From IMG/VR virus record IMGVR_UViG_2821731843_000002: 64,000 nucleotides of DNA, one strand, 5' to 3'. Position 1 is the first letter of the stretch. Each line of letters begins with the position of its first letter. The position numbers and the translations under genes were made by a program. Of the stretch, positions 1-9,489 are shown piece after piece. The notes below the pieces were generated by a model. It saw nothing but the letters and a program-made list of their open reading frames with translations, was not told the DNA's origin and did not search any database. Origin of the DNA: a virus (Duplodnaviria > Caudoviricetes).

Positions 1-23
1 GTCGGTTTCAGAGGCGTTCAAAG

Positions 24-578
24 TCATGAGGTTGGCTCTCCGACTTGGGTGTAGCCGGTGACATTGTCGGTGCCGATCGCTGGCGACTGCGCCACATACA
101 ATTCGGCTCCCAAGGGCGCTGCCTCAACTGTGTGGAACGTCACCGGCTGGCCCCAGGTTACGGCCCAGAGTGACGAGGTGATGTCCTTTGCGCCGCTCGA
201 CACCAGGGTGTGCATGTGAACGCCTTGGGCTGCTCCCAGTGCGGGTTCCCCCCAGCGCTTGCCCGGAATAAGGGTCAACAAGGCCTGGCAGATATTGGCG
301 GCGGCAAGGTCACGCGGTGCGCCGAGACCGTCGCGGGTCACCACATAGGCAGCCATCGACAGTACAAAGCTATGAGCTGCATCGCTGCGAGTGACCCCAG
401 GCTTTGCGCCCAAGGTGGAAATCAGAACTGCAGGGGCGGGCAGGCCACTTTTCTTCAGCTCTTCCAGTGAGAATTTCCCGGCGTGGGGTTTGCAGGTTTT
501 CAATTCGGGAAGCCGCAATTTAACGGCGTCACATACCGATTGTGGCAACCGCGCCAGGACTTGGTCGATATCGCTCAT
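24..578 (-). CDS. Mu gp37-like tail terminator/completion protein
   Basis: 184 aa; position after gp36 and virion morphogenesis genes; parallels 40255-40683. Confidence 0.65.
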   Translation of the reverse strand: MSDIDQVLARLPQSVCDAVKLRLPELKTCKPHAGKFSLEELKKSGLPAPAVLISTLGAKPGVTRSDAAHSFVLSMAAYVVTRDGLGAPRDLAAANICQALLTLIPGKRWGEPALGAAQGVHMHTLVSSGAKDITSSLWAVTWGQPVTFHTVEAAPLGAELYVAQSPAIGTDNVTGYTQVGEPTS

Positions 579-1021
579 TGCAACAGCTCCGTCAGGCGGC
601 CGGTCACAAGGTCGGAAATATCCAGCTCGTCTTCAGCCGAGACACCCAGATAGGGGCGCGCGGGCACACCGCTGCCGATTTCGTCACCGCCAAATTGGTG
701 ATGCGCCGCATAGACCAGGTTAGACCCCACATGAGCGGCGGTGCCGGTTGCATAGCTCTGGATACTGTCCAGCAGATCGCCGTCGCTGACCAACAGGGAA
801 TGGCGGTCATGATCGCGGGTGTCGTCATAGGCCTCAGACCAGGGCGTCCAGGCTGCGCCGTCCGGATCAATCTTGGTTTCAAAACGACGCCGTGTTGAGC
901 TTTCCAGCAGTGCACCGGCCTCGTCAGCCAGTTGCGCCATGTCAAAACCGGCCAAAGCCCCAAGTTTGCGGATGGCATCGTCCAGGCCAAGGGTGGTCAA
1001 AGATGCGGTGACGCCAGTCAT
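575..1021 (-). CDS. Phage virion morphogenesis protein (Mu gpG/P2 gpS-like)
   Basis: DPDGxxW, VGSNLVYAAHHQFG and PARPYLG motifs. Confidence 0.8.
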   Translation of the reverse strand: MTGVTASLTTLGLDDAIRKLGALAGFDMAQLADEAGALLESSTRRRFETKIDPDGAAWTPWSEAYDDTRDHDRHSLLVSDGDLLDSIQSYATGTAAHVGSNLVYAAHHQFGGDEIGSGVPARPYLGVSAEDELDISDLVTGRLTELLQ

Positions 1022-1057
1022 ATTAAGTGTCCTACCGCTTTGCTACTTGAGGACATG

Positions 1058-1501
1058 TCAGAGCCCCTTCATTTTTTCGCGGGTGAACTCGCGCGGCGGA
1101 CCACCCGCAACAATCGGGCGGGGGCGGGATGGTTCCGATGGGGCTTCGCTGTCGCCGTCAGTTGCGGCCGTCAGAACCAAAGTCGCAGTGCCTTTGGCGA
1201 TTTTTTCCAGATGCTTGATCGCGTCCTCATAGCGCTGGCGGTGCTCTTCCGAGAGCACATCGCGCGATGACGCCAGCCGATAGATCGCGATATCAACGCA
1301 GAACTGCACCAGCAGATCCGGATTTTCACCGAGAGGCAGGGTGTAACGGACCGCCAGATAGCTGTCGATTTCACCGGACGCTGAGGCCAGCGCCCGTGTG
1401 ATGGCATCCACGTCAGGCACACCGTCGCCATCCCGGTCCGCCACATAAAGCGCGTCCTCGGAATACAGCGTGACAATGTCTGACTGGGTTGCGTAGGCCA
1501 T
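1058..1501 (-). CDS. Mu gp36-like head-tail adaptor (DUF1320)
   Basis: MAYAT start, EIDSYLAVRYTLPL, DIAIYRL, RYEDAIKHL motifs; homolog at 40683-41111. Confidence 0.85.
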   Translation of the reverse strand: MAYATQSDIVTLYSEDALYVADRDGDGVPDVDAITRALASASGEIDSYLAVRYTLPLGENPDLLVQFCVDIAIYRLASSRDVLSEEHRQRYEDAIKHLEKIAKGTATLVLTAATDGDSEAPSEPSRPRPIVAGGPPREFTREKMKGL

Positions 1502-1608
1502 CGGTTTCTCTTGTGGTTTTTCGGGTTTGAAAAAAGGTCCGGAGCTATGGGGCTCCCCATTCGCAGTGCTCCGGTACCGCGAAGGATCATCGTTCCCCAG
1601 GTATTGGG

Positions 1609-1995
1609 TTAGGCGTCAGGTTCTGGTGCCTTGAAGTCTTCCGCCAGCATGTGGTCCCAGATCCCATTGCGTTCACTTGCGGTGATCTTTCCCAGGTCGT
1701 CGCCCAACAGATCGTTCAAGGCGTCGACCTTGGGCTTGCCGTCTTTTTGGTAGTCGGCAGCCGCCAGGGAGCGGATGCCTTCTGCGATTTGTTCGGCCCG
1801 TGCCTCGGCCCGGCTTTCGTCATCATCCGAGGCCGGTGTGACGCGCAGCATTGGCTCGTCCTTCAGCCGTTCAAGCTGCTCTTCAGAGAAGCTTTTAGGG
1901 TCGACGATGACGCCGCTCTTGGGAAAGAACTTGCCGCACCGGTGGAAACCAGCGGCGGGAACGGCGGCGATTTTGATCATGGCTACTTTGCCCAT
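1609..1995 (-). CDS. HI1506-like capsid-associated small protein
   Basis: GFHRCGKFF and LKDEPMLRV motifs; usual position after Mu-like capsid gene; ATG 1995 with GAAAGG RBS. Confidence 0.55.
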   Translation of the reverse strand: MGKVAMIKIAAVPAAGFHRCGKFFPKSGVIVDPKSFSEEQLERLKDEPMLRVTPASDDDESRAEARAEQIAEGIRSLAAADYQKDGKPKVDALNDLLGDDLGKITASERNGIWDHMLAEDFKAPEPDA

Positions 1996-2021
1996 GGGTC
2001 TGCCTTTCAAAGAAAATGGAA

Positions 2022-2096
2022 TGGTTGCGGAGGCGGGATTTGAACCCGCGACCTCCAGCTTATGAGGCTGGCGAGCTACCGCTGCTCTACTCCGCT
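2022..2096 (-). tRNA. tRNA with CAT anticodon, initiator (fMet)-like
   Basis: 75-nt cloverleaf folded by hand: AGCGGAG/CTCCGCA acceptor stem with 1:72 mismatch, D stem GAGC/GCTC (A11:U24), anticodon arm CCAGC-CTCATAA-GCTGG, T arm GCGGG-TTCAAAT-CCCGC, encoded ACCA end. Confidence 0.92.
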
Positions 2097-2106
2097 ACGC
2101 GTGGCC

Positions 2107-3018
2107 TCAGGCGGCCCAGTCGGTGTCGAGAACATCGACCGCGTTGTAGTTGGCGTTCGACGCACCGCCTTCACCCAGCATGACTTTGACTGTCTTGTTG
2201 GCTTGTGAGCGCAGTTTCGGCCCAACAACCAGCAGGCCGGGTTTGATCCCCAGAGGGCGGCCGTTGATGTCACGCAAGCTGCGCATGTTCTCGATGGCCG
2301 CGTCCAGGCTGTCACCGTCCAGGGCGACATTGGAGGCATAAGCCATCTGCCACAGACCAAAGCCGACGTTTGAGCGCGCATCGACCCCGTAGAGGAATTC
2401 CTTGTTGTGGAAAACGTGGTCGGACACTTTCGGGTCCACATGCGCGATGAACTCAGGCTTTTTGCGTTCCTGGTAGATCATTGGCTTTAGCGGTCGACTC
2501 ACATCCAGCAGATACCACCAGGGGTTTCCGACGGCACCTGAGGCATCGACATTGGACGCAACGGTGTCAGCGCCGGTGTTGTCATGAGACGGGTGATCCG
2601 TGTCAAAGAAGTATTGGCCATCGTAACACAGCTCGGTGACACCCTTTGCCAGCAGGCCAAAGGTCAGGTCATCAGGTTGTTGGCCTGCGCTGTGACCCAT
2701 TTCCTGAAACAACGGCCCGTAAATGCCGAGGTTGTCGTCTTCAATATCGTTGCGATCAACACCAACAGTCGATTCAAAATCCTTGTTGGTGATGGAATAG
2801 CCGTGGGCTGCCATATCTTTGACAACGCGGGGCCCAACCCATTCCCGCATTTTGGGGAACTTGCCGAGCCAGCCATAGGTCTCGGACTTGGACGATGACG
2901 GCACGATGGTGGCGACTTTGGTAAAGTCGGCTTCCGGGCGGATCGCGCTGAAGGCGTCCTGAAAGTGCTTTTTATACCCAACTTGAAGGGCGGCGATAGC
3001 GGCTGCTGTGACCATCAT
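2107..3018 (-). CDS. Major capsid protein, Mu gpT family
   Basis: YGWLGKFPKMREWVGPR, FESTVGVDRNDIEDDNLG, CYDGQYFFDTDHP motifs. Confidence 0.9.
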   Translation of the reverse strand: MMVTAAAIAALQVGYKKHFQDAFSAIRPEADFTKVATIVPSSSKSETYGWLGKFPKMREWVGPRVVKDMAAHGYSITNKDFESTVGVDRNDIEDDNLGIYGPLFQEMGHSAGQQPDDLTFGLLAKGVTELCYDGQYFFDTDHPSHDNTGADTVASNVDASGAVGNPWWYLLDVSRPLKPMIYQERKKPEFIAHVDPKVSDHVFHNKEFLYGVDARSNVGFGLWQMAYASNVALDGDSLDAAIENMRSLRDINGRPLGIKPGLLVVGPKLRSQANKTVKVMLGEGGASNANYNAVDVLDTDWAA

Positions 3019-3024
3019 GGCAGG

Positions 3025-3987
3025 TTACTCCTTTGACTTCGCGTCGGCGAATTCAGCTTCGGTGAAGCCAAGGACGCGGCAGGCTGCTTGCTCCTCGGCA
3101 GACAGGGCGGTGCCACCTTTGGTGGGGTCCTTGGTGTCTAGGTCAGACTTGCCCGCAATCACCGGGCTGGCGTCGACAAAGGCTGCAAAGGAAGCAAGAC
3201 CACCCTCGGCGCGACAGGATGCCGTGTGGTAGTCGCGACTACCTGGTGCGATCTTGCCCGCCTCAACAGCGGCGTCGACGGCGGCGGTGATCGCCGCGTC
3301 TTTACGGGTCTGTTCGTCGCCCTCAAAGCCGCGAATACGGTTCATCGCCAGATCATAGTCGGCCTTGGGCACGAAACTTGAGCTGTCAGGGTGTTCGGCG
3401 CGGTTGCGGGCCGTAGCCTCATCCGACTTGAGCTTGTTGATTGCGGTCAACACATCAGTGTCAGACGCGCCATCCTTCAAACCCAGCGCCTCTAGGGCGG
3501 TTTTATCCATGGGGTGATCCTCCTGTTCGCCTGCTCGATTGAGGGCGGTAAGTTGAAAGTTTGGTTGATTGGTCAGGCCAACAGAGACCATTTTGGAAAT
3601 CTCGCGTGTCTGGCGGCCGTAGTTGAACACCGGGCTGGCATAGCGATAGGCGCGGGACGCCACGGCCTCCCGGCCTGCGTCCAGCCAGTCGATCTTGCCC
3701 CAGAGGGCGCTGTTGCGGGCTTCCATGTCCGTCAGCCAGCCAACTGCAGGGGCAGGTTCGCCCTTGGCCCCTTTTTCCTGGGTGGAATGCTCAAAGTCGA
3801 CGGGCAGGTCGCCGCCGTTGTTTCGAAACGCGGTGACCACGGCTTGTGGGTCGCTCAGTTTCCACTGGCGACCGTCCCGGCTATCGAGATCCGGACCCGC
3901 CGGAGTGAGCTGGACCCACTCGGGGGCAGCACCGCCTTCGGTATTCAGCGCAAGCGCGATGGATTGGATGGAATTGGTCAATGTCAT
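3025..3987 (-). CDS. Prohead protease/scaffold, Mu gpI family
   Basis: LPVDFEH, PAVGW, YRYASPVF, GLTNQPN motifs; ATG 3987 preferred over ORF-track start 4044. Confidence 0.88.
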   Translation of the reverse strand: MTLTNSIQSIALALNTEGGAAPEWVQLTPAGPDLDSRDGRQWKLSDPQAVVTAFRNNGGDLPVDFEHSTQEKGAKGEPAPAVGWLTDMEARNSALWGKIDWLDAGREAVASRAYRYASPVFNYGRQTREISKMVSVGLTNQPNFQLTALNRAGEQEDHPMDKTALEALGLKDGASDTDVLTAINKLKSDEATARNRAEHPDSSSFVPKADYDLAMNRIRGFEGDEQTRKDAAITAAVDAAVEAGKIAPGSRDYHTASCRAEGGLASFAAFVDASPVIAGKSDLDTKDPTKGGTALSAEEQAACRVLGFTEAEFADAKSKE

Positions 3988-4019
3988 GGGGCGACAATGC
4001 CCCGCCAAATGCGGGCTTA

Positions 4020-4039
4020 CTTCCCTGACAACTGTCGGG
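4020..4039 (-). promoter_or_regulatory. Late-promoter activator dyad upstream of gpI (CTTCCCTGACAACTGTCGGG)
   Basis: Identical 20-mer at 12237-12256; imperfect dyad; -10-like CATTGT at 3999-3994. Confidence 0.75.
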
Positions 4040-4293
4040 AGCAATTCTGCAGGGCGGGGCAGAGAAAAGAGCAGCGCGATTTAAGGGCCGCTGAGTGCAA
4101 TTTTCGCCTAAACGCTACAACCACCCGGAAAATATCGCAAGCGCCACACAGACCCGTTTAAGTGGTGTTTAAATTTGATCCTGGTTGCCAGCTGTGGGGG
4201 CGATTTGTCTACATCAGTGAGATTGGAGGATAAATCGTATGAAAACCAGTTTCAGTGGGTTAAATGTTGTCGTCAATACAAATGCAAAACCGC

Positions 4294-5163
4294 TTAACCT
4301 CTTGGTATGTTCTTTTTGCTTTTTTTTGATCGGATTTGTGTCGAAAGGCTCACCCATTTTTTTGTTGGAGGTTTCCATCTACGGTTTCTCAACCAAACAT
4401 ATGCTGCCCAACAAATCGGGATGGCCCCTATTAGGAACGCCCATATAGGTTTCATCTCGCTTGCAATGCCCTTGATCCATTGCCAATCGGTGATGTTAAC
4501 CTGAATTTCGTCTTCAAAAGTCTTCAGGGTAAAAGGTGCTCCGTCATCAACGTGTATAAAAACTGTGAGTAAGAGTATTTCAGCGCCATTCGTTTTGGTC
4601 CCCGTGACCGTCCATTGCCAGACGGTCGGTGAGAGATCAGAAATACGCTGTCGAGCCTCCCCTAATGGTTTGACTGTAAGCCCTGCGGTTCCTTTCAAAA
4701 CAACTGACATTTCTGGCGTGACTTTTGCAAATCCAGTTATTGACTCTCCCGACAAAGCAGGGGGGAGAACCGGAGCAGCCTCAGATGCCAAGTTTAGCTT
4801 TAGTACGACGGTCTCGGGGGCGCCGCGCCACAATTTGGTAATCCTATTGTAGATGAACTGACCATCGGTCAGGCTGGGCAAAACCCTTTTTAAGTTGACC
4901 ACATCCAGACATGCAGCTTCAAACTGAGGCCAGGATTTGTTGTGATCGCAAGGCGCATACCGCAAAGCTTTTCGCGCAGCTTGGCTTGGTAGATCGAACA
5001 CGTTAGGCGAGTTGTGACCCAGAGTACCAGTTGATCCCATAGCACCTCCAAATCCACCAGGTGACTTGAACGCCCCATGTAGGGAAACAAAAGTTGATGC
5101 AAGCCCGAAACCAATAAAAAAGACTGCAAAGAAAACAAGAATCCTGTTGATGTTCCGCCTCAT
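4294..5163 (-). CDS. AT-rich moron, membrane protein (N- and C-terminal hydrophobic segments), unknown function
   Basis: Long ORF between gpF and gpI; hydrophobic ILVFFAVFFIGFGLA and IWAFLIGAIPICWAAYVWL segments. Confidence 0.65.
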   Translation of the reverse strand: MRRNINRILVFFAVFFIGFGLASTFVSLHGAFKSPGGFGGAMGSTGTLGHNSPNVFDLPSQAARKALRYAPCDHNKSWPQFEAACLDVVNLKRVLPSLTDGQFIYNRITKLWRGAPETVVLKLNLASEAAPVLPPALSGESITGFAKVTPEMSVVLKGTAGLTVKPLGEARQRISDLSPTVWQWTVTGTKTNGAEILLLTVFIHVDDGAPFTLKTFEDEIQVNITDWQWIKGIASEMKPIWAFLIGAIPICWAAYVWLRNRRWKPPTKKWVSLSTQIRSKKSKKNIPRG

Positions 5164-5391
5164 GCCGCATTTCCTATCAGGAATAATACTTCTCAATTAT
5201 TTTGATCTGGCCAGGATTTTCTTTCCTTAAGCTACCTATGATAGCATAATTTACCTCACAGGGGTCAAATTGCTGGGTGAATATTTCCGCTCATTTCGGT
5301 GTAATCCATAATGATTTTTAGACGTGTACTTGATCGGTCTGGGATTGCATTCACCATTTTTGGGAGAGCTAGTTAGAGGATCTTGACCTTA

Positions 5392-6513
5392 CTAGAGCAT
5401 TAACAAAAGCTGTATATCGCCTCCCGAATGACGCTTTGTCACCACCCAACGCGGGCTGTTTGGCTTGTCCCTAACAACCCACCCGTCATCATCAATTCGC
5501 CCGTCACCGGCCTTAACCGCCAATTCTTCAATAACGCTGACGGTCGGCTCAATCCCAGCAGCCCGTGCACTGGCCATCGTCTCCTCAGAAATTGACACCA
5601 CCCGCGACCGTGACCCCAAGCGCGTGGCAACCTCGCGTGGCAGCATCGCCACAGGCACAGACCCACTAGCGCTGCCCTCATGAATACGGCGCACACGCCA
5701 GGACGACGCCATGTCCCGAGCAGCGGCATGGGCAATGGCCGGATCGGCGCTGCCGAGCTTGCCCCGCAGGAATTGCTCCATTTGGCGTTGTCGATATTGG
5801 CCGGGGTTGCTCTCCCAACCTGGATCAATGCCCGAGGGGATGGATTTAATCTCGCCGGTGCGTTTGTTGAACACCTCGCGCATCGGGATCTCGGGGCTGT
5901 CGGCGATGCCAATTTCATCGGCTTCGCGCCGGGTGATCTGGCGCACGTGACATTTGCAGCCCCAGCCGTTGGGCGGATACCAGGTTTGCCAAAACGGATC
6001 GTCAACCGGTAACACCAACCCGTTCTTGGCCTCATGGCTGGGGCGGTGGCGTTGGCTTGGACCCAGCAGATAGACCAGATAGGGCAGGGCGCGTTTGCTG
6101 CGTTGGATGCGATCCCATTGGCCGGCGGCACGGGCCGAGCGCATATTGGCCCGGTAAATGGTTTTTAGTCGACGCGGTGAGCCCAGGCGCACATTGCGCA
6201 CCTCGCCGGTGACAGGGTCGACCTGGTCTTTGACGCCCCACCACCCCATGCTGCGCAGACGCGGCTCCAGTTCCTTCTGGAACTGCTCATAGGGAATGCC
6301 CTGGTCCAGAGCTTTTTGCAGTTCGTCACGAATGGACTGCAGAACGTCAACTTGCATGGCCTTGGCGACAGTAAAGCTGACGGCGTGTTCTTCTGGTTCG
6401 ACATCCTGCCAGTTGAACGAGGGTTTCAGGCTTTTGTTGCGCAAAAACGCCGAGGCCTCGGGTGGTGGACCGGGGTTAAAGCTGTAGCCCGGCTTGTCGG
6501 TCAGCTCAGTCAT
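5392..6513 (-). CDS. Head morphogenesis protein, Mu gpF family, with C-terminal extension
   Basis: FTVAK, RLKTIYRANMR, HRPSH, FWQTWYPPNGWGCKC motifs; start overlaps portal stop. Confidence 0.88.
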   Translation of the reverse strand: MTELTDKPGYSFNPGPPPEASAFLRNKSLKPSFNWQDVEPEEHAVSFTVAKAMQVDVLQSIRDELQKALDQGIPYEQFQKELEPRLRSMGWWGVKDQVDPVTGEVRNVRLGSPRRLKTIYRANMRSARAAGQWDRIQRSKRALPYLVYLLGPSQRHRPSHEAKNGLVLPVDDPFWQTWYPPNGWGCKCHVRQITRREADEIGIADSPEIPMREVFNKRTGEIKSIPSGIDPGWESNPGQYRQRQMEQFLRGKLGSADPAIAHAAARDMASSWRVRRIHEGSASGSVPVAMLPREVATRLGSRSRVVSISEETMASARAAGIEPTVSVIEELAVKAGDGRIDDDGWVVRDKPNSPRWVVTKRHSGGDIQLLLML

Positions 6514-8047
6514 TGCCACTGTCGCCCAGGGCGCGGGCCTTAAAGGCGGATTTAACCAGGGTATCAATCAACGGGCGCGTATCCATTTGGGGGAAAGTAT
6601 CAGCCAGGGCGGCAAGGGCCTCGTCATAGGTGGTGGTTGTTTCCAAAACCTCCATCACCGGCGCAAGGATGGGCGAAACAACTTCGACCCAGTCTTCGGC
6701 CAGCTCGCCTTCCAACGCGTCCAGAGCAACATAAGGATCTGGCGGGGTATCTTGGGCCCGGTTCTTAGCGGTGGCCTCACTCTCGCTGGTCTCTGGTTTG
6801 GCCGTTCCAAGAACTTCGTCGTCGCCGTCCGGTTCCGAATAGCCCAGTTTGGCCCGCACCTCGGATTGCTTCACTTTCATGCCCCGGTCCACCAGTTCAG
6901 CCGTATGGCGCAGAGTCAGGTCCAGATCCTCGGCTTCTTCAATGATGATATCCAGCTTTGGATATCGCAGTTGCACCCCGTAGTGCAGATCCACGTAAGG
7001 CTTGACCAGGTCGCGCTTCAAAGTACCCGTGACGGATCGTGCATCCGCCTTGGCCACATCATGGCGCACCTCGTTGTGAACCTCGGCCTGGGCCTGAGAC
7101 GAGCCATTGTCCGAGGTCATGGTTTGCCCCAGAACGGCCTTCGATGTTTGCTCGTCCACCCAACGTGCCAGGCTTTCAAAGACCTGGGAATTGGCCGCGC
7201 CGGTCATCGCCTGGACGAATTCTATCTTCATACCTTCGGGAATAACCGCCGCCGCGTCAGTACCGATATTGGCCACGGCGTTGAACAACACGTCCACGTC
7301 TTCAGCGGTAGCGCTCGGCCCATAGCGCCCCAAGCGCAGGGGCAAGCCGTAGGTCTCGATAAAGGCGATCCAGTCTTTGACGGTGTAGTTTTTGCACATC
7401 CAGCCGAAGGAGACCAAACGCGCCAACCCACCTCGGATCGGCAGGCCAGATTTCAGCTTGGCCCGATGGGAAATCCACTTGAACGGGTCCAGTTCAACAC
7501 CGTCAACCAGATTGGCCTCATCCACCATGCGCACCTGGCGGCCGGTCTCGCGATCAAATGTGAAAAAGCGCGGGTCATGATGCAGGAATTCTTCAACATG
7601 CCACACCCGTTTGTTGCGCTGCCAGACGATTTCGACCTGAGAGAAGCCTTTGCCCAGGGCGTCCAGCATATTCTCAATCAGATCTGAAAACCCCTCGTGC
7701 TCGGATATGTTTTCGCGCACGTCGTCGGCGATCTTTTTATCCAGCGCACTGTCAGAGGCCGGGGTAACAATTGGGTCGACACCTGAAATGGCCCGCTTTC
7801 GAATGCCCAGCACCGAGGCATAATGGGGGTCGCGCTCTTCCATTTCCTCGGCCAGGACCAGGTAGTCGTAAAGGTTGCCCTCATTTGCAGCCAACAAGAT
7901 GCTGGATAGGCGCGATGGGGTAAGGCCCGACGCCACGGTTGGGGCCCAGGCATTGCGAATGGTGGTCAGGCCCGGTTCTGGAATTCTCTGTGTGAGCTGT
8001 TGGGCTTTTACCGGGCGTCCGTATGCGTCGAGCCATTGATGGGCCAT
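6506..8047 (-). CDS. Portal protein, Mu gp29/DUF935 family
   Basis: EEMEERDPHYASVLGIRK, WIAFIETYGLPLRLGRY, SKAVLGQT, EVHNEVR motifs. Confidence 0.9.
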   Translation of the reverse strand: MAHQWLDAYGRPVKAQQLTQRIPEPGLTTIRNAWAPTVASGLTPSRLSSILLAANEGNLYDYLVLAEEMEERDPHYASVLGIRKRAISGVDPIVTPASDSALDKKIADDVRENISEHEGFSDLIENMLDALGKGFSQVEIVWQRNKRVWHVEEFLHHDPRFFTFDRETGRQVRMVDEANLVDGVELDPFKWISHRAKLKSGLPIRGGLARLVSFGWMCKNYTVKDWIAFIETYGLPLRLGRYGPSATAEDVDVLFNAVANIGTDAAAVIPEGMKIEFVQAMTGAANSQVFESLARWVDEQTSKAVLGQTMTSDNGSSQAQAEVHNEVRHDVAKADARSVTGTLKRDLVKPYVDLHYGVQLRYPKLDIIIEEAEDLDLTLRHTAELVDRGMKVKQSEVRAKLGYSEPDGDDEVLGTAKPETSESEATAKNRAQDTPPDPYVALDALEGELAEDWVEVVSPILAPVMEVLETTTTYDEALAALADTFPQMDTRPLIDTLVKSAFKARALGDSGND

Positions 8048-9489
8048 TACCAAATTCCTTTTTGGGCGCGAAAGCCTGCGGTCAGTTTAAGCGGGCGTTG
8101 GGTATCTTTGCCGCCACCTGGGGGCACCGGGCGGTAGACGAAGGGTTGGTATTCGGTTTCGGCTCCAGCGCAGGCCAGGGCCGCTGCCCAAAAGCGGTCA
8201 GCGTGGCCGTCGGTGTCTGTGTCGGCGACCAGGCGGCGCACACCGGTAGGGCCGGTCACGGATTTGATGGAATGCAGATCCGCGCGTAACTTGGGGTCGC
8301 CTTCGGGGATCAGCATGGATCGATCCTGGAAACGCTCTTTCATGCCGGTGGCCATGTCGAGCTTGGCAGGGGCAGTAAAGATCACCCCTTCAACCCGATC
8401 CTCGCCGTGCGCCGTCTTGGCATCTTCCACCGGCTTTTCGCCCATGCCGGTTTGGTCGATGCAACAGCGGGCAACACGGTAGCGGCGGAACACATCCGCC
8501 AGTAGCGCGTCCTGGCGGGCAAATTTGATGCGCTTCTCGGCAATGATTTCTCGGGTGATCAATTGGCCGTCGACCAGTTCCATGACCCAGATCACAAACA
8601 AGTCGTTGCGGGCGGCAATATCAACGCCGACATAACAGATGCCGCCACGATAGAGGGCAGGGTGACCGGCGCGCACATCCTCGCAGGAGGAAATCAGATC
8701 GTAATCCAGCCAGCTTGAGGCGGCGTCCAGCCACTTCAGCTCAAACTCTTGCGACCAGGCGTCCTCGTCGGACATACCGGCGCGCAGCTCATCGATGTCG
8801 ACGTCCAGACCCTGTTTGACGGCCTCGTAAATATCGACGTGATGCTTGGAGAAGTTGTTGTCCACGGTGGTCATCAGATCGTGGAACTTGTTGCCCTTGC
8901 CGTTGGGGGTGCTGATGACGCGAATTTTGTGACCGCCCCGCGCTGCAACCGGAAAGGCAGAGCCCCAGATCCGGCGGCTGTCCGCATGGAAGGCGAACTC
9001 GTCAAACAGCATATTGCCACCAAATCCACGCGCCGCATCTGGCGAGGCGGAAATAGCCGTAATGCGAGACCCGCCAGGATAGCGCACCTCCTGGGCTTTA
9101 TACTTGGCCTCTTCTACATCGATCAGATGGGTGTCGCCGTTCTGGATGACTTCGCGTTTATGGGCTGGGACAATGAAGTCTTCCTCGGAAAACTCAGGCC
9201 GCCCCTTGCGCGCTAATGTTGAGTAGGCCGCATAAAAGCCCTCGGTCATTGGCTTTACAGCGTCTTCAATGGCCTCCTTAGCGGTGGCCTCGGATCGTGA
9301 CAGAATGGTCCAGCGGGTTTTGTGGCCGTCAATTTCTGCGTTAATGCAGTCGTCAACGATTTCCCCGCCCGAGCCGAATGTCTTGCCACCGCGTCGGGTA
9401 AACATACCGATCTTGAAACGCGATTTGTCAGCAATCCATGCCTTTTGATACGGCAGGAACGTGATGACTGGCTCAAAGCTAACCGGCAT
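8047..9489 (-). CDS. Terminase large subunit
   Basis: Walker A TRRGGKT, FDEFAFH Walker B, STPNGKGN, GVDIAARND nuclease motif, GHADRFWA. Confidence 0.9.
   Translation of the reverse strand: MPVSFEPVITFLPYQKAWIADKSRFKIGMFTRRGGKTFGSGGEIVDDCINAEIDGHKTRWTILSRSEATAKEAIEDAVKPMTEGFYAAYSTLARKGRPEFSEEDFIVPAHKREVIQNGDTHLIDVEEAKYKAQEVRYPGGSRITAISASPDAARGFGGNMLFDEFAFHADSRRIWGSAFPVAARGGHKIRVISTPNGKGNKFHDLMTTVDNNFSKHHVDIYEAVKQGLDVDIDELRAGMSDEDAWSQEFELKWLDAASSWLDYDLISSCEDVRAGHPALYRGGICYVGVDIAARNDLFVIWVMELVDGQLITREIIAEKRIKFARQDALLADVFRRYRVARCCIDQTGMGEKPVEDAKTAHGEDRVEGVIFTAPAKLDMATGMKERFQDRSMLIPEGDPKLRADLHSIKSVTGPTGVRRLVADTDTDGHADRFWAAALACAGAETEYQPFVYRPVPPGGGKDTQRPLKLTAGFRAQKGIW

Noticed and set aside
6494-7687. 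Long plus-strand ORFs (also 33217-34143, 36611-37513, 43561-44469, 59951-60553)
   Set aside because: Antisense shadows of well-supported minus-strand phage genes in GC-rich DNA; no motifs
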